A program made the position numbers and the translations under genes. This document shows positions 1 through 9,885 of a stretch of DNA of 64,000 nucleotides, piece after piece. Source of the stretch: an uncultured Chloroflexia bacterium (GTDB lineage: Bacteria > Chloroflexota > Limnocylindria > Limnocylindrales > CSP1-4); assembly GCA_963748625.1 (NCBI GenBank), contig CAVVJT010000004.1, positions 256,001 through 320,000 on the forward strand, in the 5' to 3' direction. Each line of letters begins with the position of its first letter. The first letter of the stretch is position 1. Below the pieces are notes generated by a model. That model searched no databases. It worked only from the letters and a program-made list of their open reading frames with translations, and was not told where the DNA came from.

Positions 1-264
1 GCTATTGGACCTGACCACGTTGGTGGCCGTCACGCCCGTGCCGGAGAAGGTGACCGAGTACGGGTTCCCCGAATTCGGGAAGTTGTTCGCCGGGCCGGCG
101 ATCGTGATCGACCCGCTCGCCCCTTGGTTCATGTTGTTCGGCGTCACGCTCGTGATCGCCGCAAAGGTGGACGCCGGGACGCCAAGTGAGGCAAGGATCA
201 GGGCTGCCTGGACGAGCGCCAGGAAGCGCCAGCGGCGCGTCGATCGGGTTGAGGTCGCGGGCAC
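1..264 (-). CDS. Secreted protein with signal peptide and IPT/TIG-like first domain (runs off window edge)
   Basis: Manual minus-strand translation from GTG 264: MPATSTRSTRRWRFLALVQAALILASLGVPASTFA/AITSVTPNNMNQGASGSITIAG..., i.e. a basic N-region, hydrophobic core and 'ITSVTP' IPT-like start. Not in the ORF track because no stop lies in the window. Confidence 0.7.
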   Translation of the reverse strand, partial: MPATSTRSTRRWRFLALVQAALILASLGVPASTFAAITSVTPNNMNQGASGSITIAGPANNFPNSGNPYSVTFSGTGVTATNVVRSNS

Positions 265-363
265 GTTGCACTCTTTCGGCTGAACGGCTTACCGGCGAGC
301 GACCCATAGGCGGGCCCATCCCGGAGATATGCCGTGAGCATCGCCGGTGACCGGTGGCGCGTC

Positions 364-382
364 GATGCACCACTGGTGCATC
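364..382. promoter_or_regulatory. Perfect palindrome GATGCACCA-C-TGGTGCATC; candidate operator or hairpin
   Basis: 9-bp perfect inverted repeat about 100 bp upstream of the secreted-protein start and downstream of the GNAT stop. Confidence 0.35.
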
Positions 383-415
383 AAAGGTGCCCCGATAGTC
401 CTATTCCAATCGCGC

Positions 416-1003
416 CTACGCGAGTGGCTCGAACGCCTGCGGGTAGCGGACGATGCCGCGCATCGCCTCGTCCCACGCCGGCAGCAGCCGCGCCATCCAG
501 GCCGCGTCGGGCCAGGCCGCAGCCGGCGGCATCAGGCCAACGGCGCGCGCCGGGACGAACCCGAACCTCGGGTAGTACTCGGGGTGCCCCAGGAGCACGA
601 GTGCGGGCACGGCACGGGCGATCGCCACCGCGACCGCGGATGTCATGAGCGCGGAGCCGACATGACGGAACTGCACGGCGGGATCCACCGCCACCGGCCC
701 GATCGCGAGCACCGTCGCGAGCATCGACCCGTCAGCCGCTTCAACGCGACAGGGCGACAGCAGCAGGTGCCCGACGATCACGTCGTCGAGCAGACTCCCC
801 GGCGCACCCACCGCCACGAGGGAGTGCCACCCGTCCGGCGCGTCGGCACGGATGGCATCGACGATCGCCGCCTCCTCGGGCCCCGGGAATGCGGCGAGGT
901 TGACATGACGGACCCCCGGCGCATCGCCGGGGGCCTCGAGACGGATGCGGATGGGGAGCGGGGGCGGCCCCGGGACCGCGAGGATGCCGGGGCCGTTGCT
1001 CAT
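416..1003 (-). CDS. GNAT N-acetyltransferase (YhbS-like)
   Basis: IGPVAVDPAVQFRHVGSALM acetyl-CoA motif and VLLGHPEYYPRFGF signature. Confidence 0.85.
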   Translation of the reverse strand: MSNGPGILAVPGPPPLPIRIRLEAPGDAPGVRHVNLAAFPGPEEAAIVDAIRADAPDGWHSLVAVGAPGSLLDDVIVGHLLLSPCRVEAADGSMLATVLAIGPVAVDPAVQFRHVGSALMTSAVAVAIARAVPALVLLGHPEYYPRFGFVPARAVGLMPPAAAWPDAAWMARLLPAWDEAMRGIVRYPQAFEPLA

Positions 1004-1022
1004 GGCGTGCCGGTGGTGCCGG

Positions 1023-2423
1023 TCAGCCGGCTGCGGCGGCCAGGGCGGCCGGGATCGGGCGGGAGACCGCGACGGGCTTGACGTACTTCGCCGTCATCTC
1101 CCTGGACCCGACCACCTTGAGCTGGTCGAAGAGGTACGCGATCTTGGCGCCCTGCGAAGCGAGGATCTCGTCCTTGGTGGCCAGGTCCCACAGCTGCCGC
1201 TTGAACGGGCCGATGGCCTTCTTGCGGGTGGTGTAGAGGAACTGGTCCTCGGTCTGGCCGTCCTTGCGCTCGTCGGCGGCATTGACCACCAGCCACGCGT
1301 TGATCTCGTCCACCAGCTCGGAAGGGAAGGCCGGATGCCCGTACAGCGCGTTCTGGAAGCCGGTCGCGAGGTGGATCTCGGCGGTCTCGACCTGCGGGAA
1401 GCGGTGGAAGAGGTCGTCCGGCAGCGTGGAGGCACCGTGCTGGACGGCGCCTGCCAGGCCGCGGGATCGGGCGTACTCGCCCAGCTTGGCGAGGACATCG
1501 AAGTCCAACTTGACCTCGGCCACGCCGCCCCCGGGGAGCGGTACGCCCCCGTGGCTGGTGCCCGTCTGGACCGAGACCTTGGACAGGCCCTTCGCGCCGG
1601 GGGCGAGCTTCGCCAGGAGGGCGTCGTAGCCGTCGAGATAGGCCGTGAGGTCAGCCACGGTCGAGTTGGTCTTGCCCACCTCGCCGATCTCGCCGCCGAC
1701 ACTGACCGTGACGCCGTCCGTCTCGAGCTCGCGGATGAGCGCGGTCAGCTCGGCCGCCTTCGTGTAGTTCTCCTTCTGCTCAAGGTCGAGCGTCGGCTGG
1801 GAGAGGTCCACGAGGGTGGAGCTGTCAATGTCGATGTTGCGGTAGCCGGCCTCGATTGCCAGCCTGCACGCGCGGCGGATCTCCTCGGTCATCGCCTCGG
1901 GATCGGCGGCGTACTTCTTGGCGTTGAACTGGTAGTGGTCGCCCTGGACGAAGACCGGACCCGTCCAGCCAGCGGCGATGGCGCCCGCGTACACGGACGC
2001 GGCGAAGTCCATCGGGCGCTGGAAGGTATACGTCTGCTCGGACCGGGCGATCTCGAGGATGAGGGCGCCGACGTCCTGCCTGGCGGCCGTCTCGTAGATC
2101 GTGCGCGCCATGTCGAACGTCTGGGCACGCAGGTTCATGGCCGGCACGGTGAAGCCACTGACCTCACCGCGGCTACGGGCCATGTAAAGGTCCTGGATGG
2201 AGGCGCTCATGACGCCCAGAGCCTGGGCGCCCTCCCAGATCAGCCAGCGGGCAGCCTCGGCCGTGTCGTCGTCCACGGTGAAGGCAGCGGTCCAGGCGAG
2301 ATCGGCGGCGAGCTCGGAGCGGAAGCGGGCGGCGTTCTCGACGACCAGCTTGCCGCCTTCGATGCGGGCGATCCCCTCGAGGCGGGTGACCAGGTCAGCG
2401 ACGGAGGTCGCGGTGTACGGCAT
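1023..2423 (-). CDS. Class II fructose-bisphosphate aldolase family protein (long form)
   Basis: QGDH, NIDIDSS, GGEIGEVG, GTSHGG and VQHGAST motifs; GGAG upstream of ATG 2423. Confidence 0.85.
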   Translation of the reverse strand: MPYTATSVADLVTRLEGIARIEGGKLVVENAARFRSELAADLAWTAAFTVDDDTAEAARWLIWEGAQALGVMSASIQDLYMARSRGEVSGFTVPAMNLRAQTFDMARTIYETAARQDVGALILEIARSEQTYTFQRPMDFAASVYAGAIAAGWTGPVFVQGDHYQFNAKKYAADPEAMTEEIRRACRLAIEAGYRNIDIDSSTLVDLSQPTLDLEQKENYTKAAELTALIRELETDGVTVSVGGEIGEVGKTNSTVADLTAYLDGYDALLAKLAPGAKGLSKVSVQTGTSHGGVPLPGGGVAEVKLDFDVLAKLGEYARSRGLAGAVQHGASTLPDDLFHRFPQVETAEIHLATGFQNALYGHPAFPSELVDEINAWLVVNAADERKDGQTEDQFLYTTRKKAIGPFKRQLWDLATKDEILASQGAKIAYLFDQLKVVGSREMTAKYVKPVAVSRPIPAALAAAAG

Positions 2424-2695
2424 CGGGTCCATGTCTCCTGCGGATGTCGCCATAGATGGTAGCCGCGGGCCCGAGACCGCAACGGTTGCCGTGGGGTTGC
2501 AGTCCACGGTGCGCGCGGCACGCCGGACGGGCGGCTGCCGACGGCGTCCCGGAGAGGATGCCCCACCGCGCTCGCGATCCCGAGTGCGCATCGTCGCCCA
2601 GCGTCCGGTCCTCGAGGGCGGGACGGCAGGTCACCTGGCCCCCGTCGGGGGGCCGGTTGGCGCAGCGCGAGCGCGTTCGGACGCGCCCGTGGCGA

Positions 2696-3172
2696 TCAGG
2701 CCGGGTTCATCACCATCGTGAACACGATCACCACGACGAGCAGCGTCATGATCATCCCGCCGATGCGCACCTTCTTGGCGGTCTTGGCCACCTCGGGGTT
2801 GGGACCCGAACCGGGAGCGGGAGGGGTGGACGTCAGCTCCACGAGCTTGCGACCGGCCGGCGCCTGGTAGGCCATCGCGACGACCACCGAGATGACGTAG
2901 AGCAGGATGCCCACCTCGAGCCAGTGGCCGCCCGCCGTCACGGCGCCCCAGCCGCGGACCACGATCATCCCGATGCCTGTGACCAGCATGGAGATCGCCA
3001 CCGGCGTGATGAGGTTGCGACCGGCCGCCACCTGGGTGCGGGCGTAGAAGTTCGCGTACTGCGGCTCCTTGGCCGCCATCGGACCCACGATCATCGCAGC
3101 GAAGCCGGGCCCGAACGCGACGATGGCGCCCATGATGTGCAGGTAGAGGAAGATGGTGAACAGGTCGAGCAC
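2696..3172 (-). CDS. DUF2269-like integral membrane protein
   Basis: LYLHIMGAIVAFG start, four hydrophobic helices and C-terminal MVMNP; GGGAG before GTG 3172. Confidence 0.7.
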   Translation of the reverse strand: MLDLFTIFLYLHIMGAIVAFGPGFAAMIVGPMAAKEPQYANFYARTQVAAGRNLITPVAISMLVTGIGMIVVRGWGAVTAGGHWLEVGILLYVISVVVAMAYQAPAGRKLVELTSTPPAPGSGPNPEVAKTAKKVRIGGMIMTLLVVVIVFTMVMNPA

Positions 3173-3320
3173 GCGTGACTCCCGAGGGGCTTGGGCAGGT
3201 GAGGCTTGGTGTCGTCCCGATCCTAGCAGCGCATCGCCCGGCACGGGTTCGACGTCCCGTGCGACCGCGAGTCGCTTGGCATAATCGGACTCCCGCGCCC
3301 ATTGCAGGAGCCCCTCCCTC

Positions 3321-4349
3321 ATGTCGTCCGACGCCGTCCCGTCCCCTGCCAGCGTGCCGGACGGCGTCCCCGCCACGAGCCCTGCGCGGACGAGTGTGGC
3401 CATCCTGGGGTCGTGCATCACGCGCGACGTCTTCAACAGGCGCTTCTGCCCCGACCACCATGCGCGGTACCGCATCGCCGCCAGCGGCTATCGCATCGCA
3501 CTTCCCAGCCTGATGGGGCGCCCCGTGCAGTTCGAGGACGCACTTCTCGAGGGACTGTCCGCCCAGGACCGCACGTGGGTGCGGAATGACGCCACCAAGG
3601 CCTTCCTTGACGACCTCGCGGCGGATCCTCCAGAGATCCTGCTGGTCGACCTCGCGGCAGATGTCCGCTTCGGCGTGCTCGACCTGGGTGGCGGCGCGTA
3701 TCTGACGGCCTTCCGCTGGATGTACCGGCGTACGGCCTGGTGGAACGGGCTCGACCCGGCTCGCCGCCCGCGCACGATCGCGCCGCTGATCAACCGCGCC
3801 GAGTACCTGCGCCTGTGGACAGGTGCCCTCGAGCGGCTGCGCGAGCACGTCGCCCGCGTTGCACCGGCGACCCGCGTCGTCGTCGTTCGGGCGCGCCAGA
3901 CACGCTGCCTCTGGCTGCCTGAGCAGACCCGGACGGTGCCACTACGCGACCACCGCTTCGTGCCCCCCGGCAGCGCGAGCCGATTTGATGCAGCGTGGGA
4001 CGAGCTCACCGGCCTAGCGCTCGCATCGACCGGCTGGAGGGCCATCGACATGCGGCCACGGGAGTACCCGACCTCGGACAGCCACCCGTGGCGAGCCGGC
4101 CAGACGCACTTCGCCCCGGACTACTACGAGGACCTCCTCGCGTCGCTCGATCGCCTCCAGGCCGACCCGTCCCAGGCGGCGGTGACGCAGGACGGCACGC
4201 GGCCGCCGGGACGGTCCTGGGATGGCGAGCCCGGCGCCAGCGAACCACGCCCGAGGCCACCTCGCCCCGCGCAGCTCGCCCGACGCCACCGCCCACTTCG
4301 GAAGCGGATCCACCACCGCCTCGGCCGGCTGCTCGGGAGCCGGGTCTGA
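3321..4349 (+). CDS. DUF6270-like (SGNH-related) protein
   Basis: N-terminal ILGSCITRDVF and C-terminal HPW...HFAPDYY motifs. Confidence 0.65.
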   Translation: MSSDAVPSPASVPDGVPATSPARTSVAILGSCITRDVFNRRFCPDHHARYRIAASGYRIALPSLMGRPVQFEDALLEGLSAQDRTWVRNDATKAFLDDLAADPPEILLVDLAADVRFGVLDLGGGAYLTAFRWMYRRTAWWNGLDPARRPRTIAPLINRAEYLRLWTGALERLREHVARVAPATRVVVVRARQTRCLWLPEQTRTVPLRDHRFVPPGSASRFDAAWDELTGLALASTGWRAIDMRPREYPTSDSHPWRAGQTHFAPDYYEDLLASLDRLQADPSQAAVTQDGTRPPGRSWDGEPGASEPRPRPPRPAQLARRHRPLRKRIHHRLGRLLGSRV

Positions 4350-4415
4350 CCCACCGCCGGTGCTCTGAGATCCGCCACCGAGTCCACGCCGACGAGAGCT
4401 TGCCGAGCCGACCCC

Positions 4416-5210
4416 TCAGCGCGCCAGCAGTGCCGCACGACGAGCCTGCTCGCGCTCGATGTCACGCGGGCTGCGTCCCGTGCGGCCCGCGAGGTCGTCC
4501 AGGACTCCCCAGGCGAAGTGATCCCACCGGTCGGCCTGCTCGTTCCAGGTGGCGAGCACCGCGGGCGGCAGCCGCTGCACGTGGCCGTGGGTGTCCAGCG
4601 CGACCGGTCGAACGTAATGGGCAGCGGCCACGCGAGCCCCCCTGCCTCCGGTGGGCGGTGCCATCACCAGCACCACGCCCAGCCGCGACCGCTCATCCTC
4701 GTCCGTTCCGATCGTGGGCGCGTGCAGCCGTTCGACGAGGTCGTCGAGGCCGTCGCCCGGCGCGGTGGCCAGCATCCCGTAGCCCAACGACAAGGCGCGG
4801 ATGACCAGGCGCGTCCGGTCCCCATCGAGGCCACCCGAATCGGGCTCGGCGAGTCCGCGCACCAGGAACACCCCCCGGTCCCCGCCGCCCGGCGGAGTAG
4901 CCTCACGCGAACGATCGGTGCGCCAGCCCAGCGTGTCGGCATCGGCCAGCCAGGCGAAGTCATCGTCAGGCGCGACCTCGAAGACCGTCGCCCCGGTGGG
5001 CAACGCGCCCGTCAAGGCGTCCGCGACCAGGGCGCGCCCTGAGCCTGCCCGGCCCGTTACCACCACCGGAGTGCCCGTCTCAACCAGTAGCCACAGCAGG
5101 GCGGCAAGCTCGGCGTCGAGCACCCTCGCGCGGACCAGGCCCGTCAGGTCGGGCGGAGGCGCATCAACGGATCTGGAAGCGGGCACGGGACCGGGAATGA
5201 CTGGCTGCAC
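4416..5210 (-). CDS. VirB11/CpaF-like P-loop protein with degenerate Walker A
   Basis: LVRARVLDAELAALLWLLVE...VVVTGRAGSGRA resembles type II/IV secretion ATPases; the Walker-A Lys is absent. Confidence 0.6.
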   Translation of the reverse strand: MQPVIPGPVPASRSVDAPPPDLTGLVRARVLDAELAALLWLLVETGTPVVVTGRAGSGRALVADALTGALPTGATVFEVAPDDDFAWLADADTLGWRTDRSREATPPGGGDRGVFLVRGLAEPDSGGLDGDRTRLVIRALSLGYGMLATAPGDGLDDLVERLHAPTIGTDEDERSRLGVVLVMAPPTGGRGARVAAAHYVRPVALDTHGHVQRLPPAVLATWNEQADRWDHFAWGVLDDLAGRTGRSPRDIEREQARRAALLAR

Positions 5211-5287
5211 GCCGACAGGCTACAGGCTCGGCATCGAGGCGGGACAATGGTCGCCACCGTAGGCCGTCCTTATCAGGGAGCACCTCC

Positions 5288-5635
5288 ATGACCATCGACC
5301 GCATCGATCCCGGCGTCCGCATGGCCGAGGGCGTCGCCTTCGGCAACCTCGTCTTCCTCGCGGGCCACGTCAGCGAGCTCGAAGGCGCGACCGTCGCGGA
5401 GCAGACCGCCGACATCCTGACCCAGATCGACGCCACGCTCGCCAAGGCCGGCACCGACCGCTCGAAGCTGCTGTCGGTGCAGATCTGGCTCACCGACATC
5501 GCCACCTGGGCCGAGATGAACACTGCCTGGGACGCATGGGTGGACGCGGCCAACCTGCCCGCCCGCGCGACAGTCGAGGCGAGGCTTGCCGCCCCGCGCT
5601 ACAAGGTCGAGATCGCGGGCATCGCCGCGCGCTGA
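5288..5635 (+). CDS. RidA/YjgF family protein (YoaB-like)
   Basis: AEMNTAWDAWV...PARATVEARLA...VEI; GGGAG SD. Confidence 0.9.
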   Translation: MTIDRIDPGVRMAEGVAFGNLVFLAGHVSELEGATVAEQTADILTQIDATLAKAGTDRSKLLSVQIWLTDIATWAEMNTAWDAWVDAANLPARATVEARLAAPRYKVEIAGIAAR

Positions 5636-5677
5636 CGTTGGGGTCGAGCCGTCCCACCGTAGCCCGGCCCGACCGGG

Positions 5678-6130
5678 TTAGGGCTGGCCATCACCGAAGA
5701 AGCCGGCGGCAGCGTAGACGAACTCGCGGTCGTACTGCTTCATGACAGACTTGCCCGCAATCCGGCTGATCTTGAGCCACTGGTCGCCGGACTCGCCGCA
5801 GCTTCCCGCGTCGTAGGCCGTGCCGGCGACCGTCTCGGCAACGCGGACCTTCGTGCCCTTGGCGATCCGTACGACCAGGCCCTCGTCGGATGCCGGGCCC
5901 TGGCGGACGGCGACATTGCCGCACGCCGCATACATGATCATGCCCGCCGTCACCGCAGTCGACGGCTCAGGGGTGGCCTCAGGCGCGCCCGTGAGGGGCG
6001 CCTCGGTGGCGATGGGCGCCTCGGTCTCGAGGGCCGCGCTGGGGGACGGGGTGGCCGAGCTGCCACCGCAACCGGCGACGATCACCAGCACGAGTGCAGC
6101 CGAGAATCCGGCGAGCGTGAGACGGCGCAT
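5678..6130 (-). CDS. Lipoprotein with SH3-like domain
   Basis: Lipobox VAGC, P/T/A-rich linker and NVAVRQGP...GTKV...WLKI. Confidence 0.65.
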   Translation of the reverse strand: MRRLTLAGFSAALVLVIVAGCGGSSATPSPSAALETEAPIATEAPLTGAPEATPEPSTAVTAGMIMYAACGNVAVRQGPASDEGLVVRIAKGTKVRVAETVAGTAYDAGSCGESGDQWLKISRIAGKSVMKQYDREFVYAAAGFFGDGQP

Positions 6131-6262
6131 CGTTCCGTGTCCCTCCATGCTGGCCCGTCGGATGGCGGGGTGCCCTGCAGGGAGGATAGTCGGGTCGGGC
6201 CGTTCCTGTCAGAGCCGGGCGGACCGTGATCCAGGCCCGGGCGCCTGCACGCAGCCGCTACC

Positions 6263-6574
6263 TCACGGGCGACGGTCGGCTGCGGCCTCACGTGATCGGG
6301 CGGCGATCCCGTCCAGGTAGAGGACGTCCGCCTCGTCGCGATGCACACCCGTGGAGCCGACGTGCTTGGCGCTGATCGTGGCACCGTTCCTGATCACGTG
6401 GACCAGGGCCATCGCATGGCCGCGTCCCAGGCCGAAATCCTCCTTGAGCCAGTCCACGATCTCGCCGGCCTTCGACGTCTCGCCGTAGCCGCGTTGATGC
6501 GCCAGCTCGATGAAGTCGCGCGGGGTCCGACCTGTCTCCCGCTCGATCGCGTCGAGATACGCCTGGAACGACAT
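6263..6574 (-). CDS. DUF4287 domain protein
   Basis: MSFQAYLDAIE...WLKEDFGLGRGHAMAL; GGAGG SD. Confidence 0.85.
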   Translation of the reverse strand: MSFQAYLDAIERETGRTPRDFIELAHQRGYGETSKAGEIVDWLKEDFGLGRGHAMALVHVIRNGATISAKHVGSTGVHRDEADVLYLDGIAARSREAAADRRP

Positions 6575-6763
6575 GTACACCTCCGGGGACCAGTGTCCTC
6601 GCCGCAGCGATGCCGGCCCCCTGGCCTTGTTGGTTCAGGATCTGGTGGCGGTGCCAGCTACCTGCCGGCTCCGCTCACCGACGGATCCTCCCATCTCCGC
6701 GACCGTCCCGCATTATGGAGGCCAGCACCGACCCGAAACCAGTTCTCACGTGAGGGCCGTCCG

Positions 6764-7342
6764 TTGGAGATCCGCCCGCTCGCCGCAGACACGTGGCCCG
6801 CCCTCGCCGAGCTGTTCGCAGCCGGCGGCGACCCCAAGTGGTGCTGGTGCCAGTACTGGCGCAAGCCCGGCGCGAACTGGTCGAACACGACGCCAGACGA
6901 CAACCGGGCCGACCTCGAGGCGCTGGTGGGCGCCGATCCTTCGCCCGGGCTCGTGGCGCTCCAGGATGGCGTCGCGGTCGGCTGGGTGGGGCTGGGGCCG
7001 CGCGAGGATTTCCCGAGGCTGGCCCGGAGTCGGACGATCCCGCAGCTCCCGGGCGAGCGCGTGTGGGTGGTGAACTGCTTCGTCGTGGCGAGGGCGGCGC
7101 GGGGGAGCGGGTTGGCCACCGCCCTGCTCGAGGCCGCGGTGACGTACGCGGCCGAGCACGGGGCGCGGCTGGTCGAGGGCTACCCGGTCCAGACCGGGGG
7201 CGAGCGGATGAGCTCCGCGTCGGCGTATACCGGGACGGCCGGAATGTTCGAGCGTGCCGGGTTCTCGGAGGCCGCACCGACCACGTCGAAGGCGGCGAAG
7301 GGGGTGCCCCGGGTGGTGATGCGCCGCGAGGTCGCCCGATAG
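6764..7342 (+). CDS. GNAT N-acetyltransferase
   Basis: WCWCQYWR, CFVVARAARGSGLATALL, VEGYPV and YTG...FERAGF; TTG start inferred. Confidence 0.85.
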   Translation: MEIRPLAADTWPALAELFAAGGDPKWCWCQYWRKPGANWSNTTPDDNRADLEALVGADPSPGLVALQDGVAVGWVGLGPREDFPRLARSRTIPQLPGERVWVVNCFVVARAARGSGLATALLEAAVTYAAEHGARLVEGYPVQTGGERMSSASAYTGTAGMFERAGFSEAAPTTSKAAKGVPRVVMRREVAR

Positions 7343-7393
7343 GGCCCGGCCTGCGGTCTGGCCTGGTCGCCTCGCCTGCCGCCTGGCGGACCC

Positions 7394-7507
7394 TGCGTGC
7401 AGAATCTCGCACAATTCAACCGCCCAGCGGGCACCAACGCTCGCCGAGGCCCGGATTCGGTCCCCATCTCCCGGCCAGCGGGCAGGGCGTGCAGGATTCC
7501 GCACGCA
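7394..7507. repeat. Intergenic element with 13-bp imperfect terminal inverted repeats
   Basis: TGCGTGCAGAATC (7394-7406) / GATTCCGCACGCA (7495-7507), 12/13 complementary; internal direct repeat CCAGCGGGCA; lies between convergent genes. Confidence 0.55.
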
Positions 7508-7574
7508 AGGCCCGCTGCGCGGCAGCCCAGGCCGTGGGTCCCGCGCCGGGTCTGGCCTGCCCGAACGTCGCCGG

Positions 7575-8487
7575 CTACTCGACGCCGAACACCTCGGCGC
7601 AGGGGTCCTCTCCTGCAACGATGGTCCGGACGGTGAGCCCGAACGTGGCGCTCGTCTCGGGGGTGGCGGTCCACTGGGTGAGCTGGTTCGCCTGGCCCAG
7701 TGCCTCGCCCATGGTGACCGCATCCTGGCCGGTGACCACGCCGCAGCGCTCGCTCCCGGACATGACCGGCGCACCGAACTCGTTCACCGGCGTGTCCAAC
7801 GGCCAGACCATGACATCGCCACCCATGCCCGGCTCAGGGGCCGGCGCCTGCCCGATCAGGATCGCGTAGCCGGCCGGCGTGTACGGGCCCTCGGGGCCCA
7901 GCTCCGTGTTGAGGTTGCCGGGCAGGTCGGCGAGCTTCCACCACAGTGACGAGAAGGCCGCGGGCGTGCCTGGAACCACGTCCCCGGCGACCGGCATCTC
8001 GCCGGGGATGCCCGTGAGCGTGACCAGGCTGCCATCCACCGTCAGCTCGATGCGCCCGGTGATCCCGCCGGGCATGCCGCCACCGCCGGTGAAGTCGGTC
8101 TCCCCGCTCGAGCAGCCCCAGCTCCTCGGCCCAGGCGAGGATCTCCGCCTTGCCGGCGTCGCTGACCTGGCGACCGAAGAGCGGATAGACGAGCGGACCC
8201 GGGAAGATCGCCGGCACCGCGCCGGGCAGCACGAGCACCCCGGTGCTGTCGATGACGGCGGTGTCCCCGACCCCGAACAGGTTCTGGGGCGGGATGGCCT
8301 GCCAGGTGGAGAGGCGCATCCAGTAGGTGGCATCGGCGGGGAGAGGCGAGGCGGTCGGGACCACGGGCGTCGGGTCGTCGGGACCTGGGGAAGCGGCCGG
8401 TGGGGCGGATGGGGAGCCGGTGCCGCCGCAGGCGGCGACGACCAGCAGCGCGAGGGTCGGGAGGAGGAGGCGACGGGCAGGATGCAT
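7575..8487 (-). CDS. Lipoprotein, hypothetical (frameshift near 8105)
   Basis: MHPARRLLLPTLALLVVAAC lipobox in ORF 7834..8646; C-terminal half continues in the frame of ORF 7575..10076. Confidence 0.65.
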
Positions 8488-8581
8488 GGCGGGCGGATTC
8501 CTCTCTGCTGGACGCGCAGCCGTGACGCCGGCGCCCCAAGCCGGGTTCCACAGTACGTCGTTTGTCCCACGCCCAAGGGGG

Positions 8582-8611
8582 TTGACCGGGCGCAACGGAC
8601 CGGCGTAGACT
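8582..8611 (+). promoter_or_regulatory. Sigma70-like promoter TTGACC-N18-TAGACT
   Basis: Consensus-like -35/-10 upstream of the leader peptide. Confidence 0.55.
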
Positions 8612-8666
8612 CCGCGGCGGTCGAGCAGGTCGCTCGGCATGTCCACCTGACGGAGGCGACGCGCAC

Positions 8667-8750
8667 ATGCTGCACACCGCCCTCACCTTCTCGCGCAAGG
8701 CGGCCCTCTGCGGCCCCGACCGCGGGAGGAGTGTGCCCACCAGCAGGTAG
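8667..8750 (+). CDS. Putative 27-aa leader peptide MLHTALTFSRKAALCGPDRGRSVPTSR
   Basis: GGAGG at 8652-8656, ATG 8667, TAG 8748-8750; followed by attenuator-like hairpins. Confidence 0.5.
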   Translation: MLHTALTFSRKAALCGPDRGRSVPTSR

Positions 8751-8756
8751 GACGCC

Positions 8757-8940
8757 GGAGCCAGGGGCTCCAGCAAGCGACCACCGAGCCGTGGGCCACC
8801 GGGCCCCCGGCTCTTTCGTTCTCCTAGGGCAGATCACGCCCGCAGAAGACGACCCGAGCCGTGAGGCCCCCGCAAGATGCCGGGCCCACGGCTCGTCCCA
8901 TGTCTGGGATCCGTGGACCGGCTCGTGAACAACTCGAGCC
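8757..8940 (+). terminator. Attenuator-like region of four GAGCC/GGCTC hairpins, including an intrinsic terminator at 8786-8820
   Basis: GAGCCGTGGGCC-ACCG-GGCCCCCGGCTC followed by TTTCGTT; other stems at 8757-8771, 8855-8895 and 8920-8940 share the same arms. Confidence 0.55.
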
Positions 8941-8969
8941 AGCTTCACCCATCCACGCAGGAGGGTCCC

Positions 8970-9863
8970 GTGACCACCACCATCGCGCCCGAACTGAAGA
9001 TCACCAGCCCGGCCGGCACGGCCGCCACGGCGACGACGCGCGCGACGGTCGCCGGGGCACCCGCCCTGCTCGTCGAGCACGTCACCAAGCGTTTCAAGGT
9101 CGACCGGCGCAAGCCCCCGGTCCTCGCGATCGACGATGTCTCGCTCCGCCTGGAGCGCGGCACGATCCACGGGGTCCTGGGCGCCAACGGCTCCGGCAAG
9201 TCCACGCTCATCCGCCTCATCTCGGGGTTGCTGACCCTGGACGAGGGCCGGGTTGAGGTGTTCGGCTTCGACGTTGAGCGTGACGAGCTCGCCGTGAAGC
9301 GGCTCCTCAACCGCGTCTCGGTCGATGCGGCCTTCTTCAAGAAGCTGAGCCCCATGGAGAACCTGCTGTTCGCCGCCCGCCTGTACGGCCTCGACGCCGG
9401 CAGCGCGAAGCGGGAGGCGACACGGATCCTCGCCAGGCTCGGCATCGCGGAGAGCCGCCTCGGCCGGCCGGTGGAGCAGATGAGCCGGGGCATGCAGCAG
9501 AAGGTCGCCATCGCGCGAGCCCTGCTGACCAGCCCCACGCTGCTGCTCCTCGACGAGCCGACCACGGGCCTCGACCCGCGCAGCAAGCTCGACGTCCAGG
9601 CCTTCGTGGAAGAGGTCAACGCGGCGCACAACGCCACGATCGTCCTCACCACCCACGACCTGGCCGAGGCGGAGCGCCTCTGCGAGCGGATCACGATCCT
9701 CGCCGGAGGAAAGGTGGTCGCCGAGGACACGCCCGATGGCCTCAAGCGCCTGGTTGCCGAGAAGTACGGCAAGGAGCCGACGCTCGAGGCCGTGTTCATG
9801 ACCTTCACCGGTCGCTCGCTCGATGACGACGACGTCGAGGGCGCGGAGACCGACACCGATTGA
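8970..9863 (+). CDS. ABC-2 exporter ATP-binding protein (DrrA-like)
   Basis: GANGSGKST, MSRGMQQK, LLLLDEPTTGLDP and LTTH; GGAGG before GTG 8970. Confidence 0.9.
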   Translation: MTTTIAPELKITSPAGTAATATTRATVAGAPALLVEHVTKRFKVDRRKPPVLAIDDVSLRLERGTIHGVLGANGSGKSTLIRLISGLLTLDEGRVEVFGFDVERDELAVKRLLNRVSVDAAFFKKLSPMENLLFAARLYGLDAGSAKREATRILARLGIAESRLGRPVEQMSRGMQQKVAIARALLTSPTLLLLDEPTTGLDPRSKLDVQAFVEEVNAAHNATIVLTTHDLAEAERLCERITILAGGKVVAEDTPDGLKRLVAEKYGKEPTLEAVFMTFTGRSLDDDDVEGAETDTD

Positions 9864-9885
9864 CACCACGAAAGGAGGTGCCGCG

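Noticed and set aside
5-283. Plus-strand 92-aa ORF
   Set aside because: Antisense shadow of the minus-strand signal-peptide gene.
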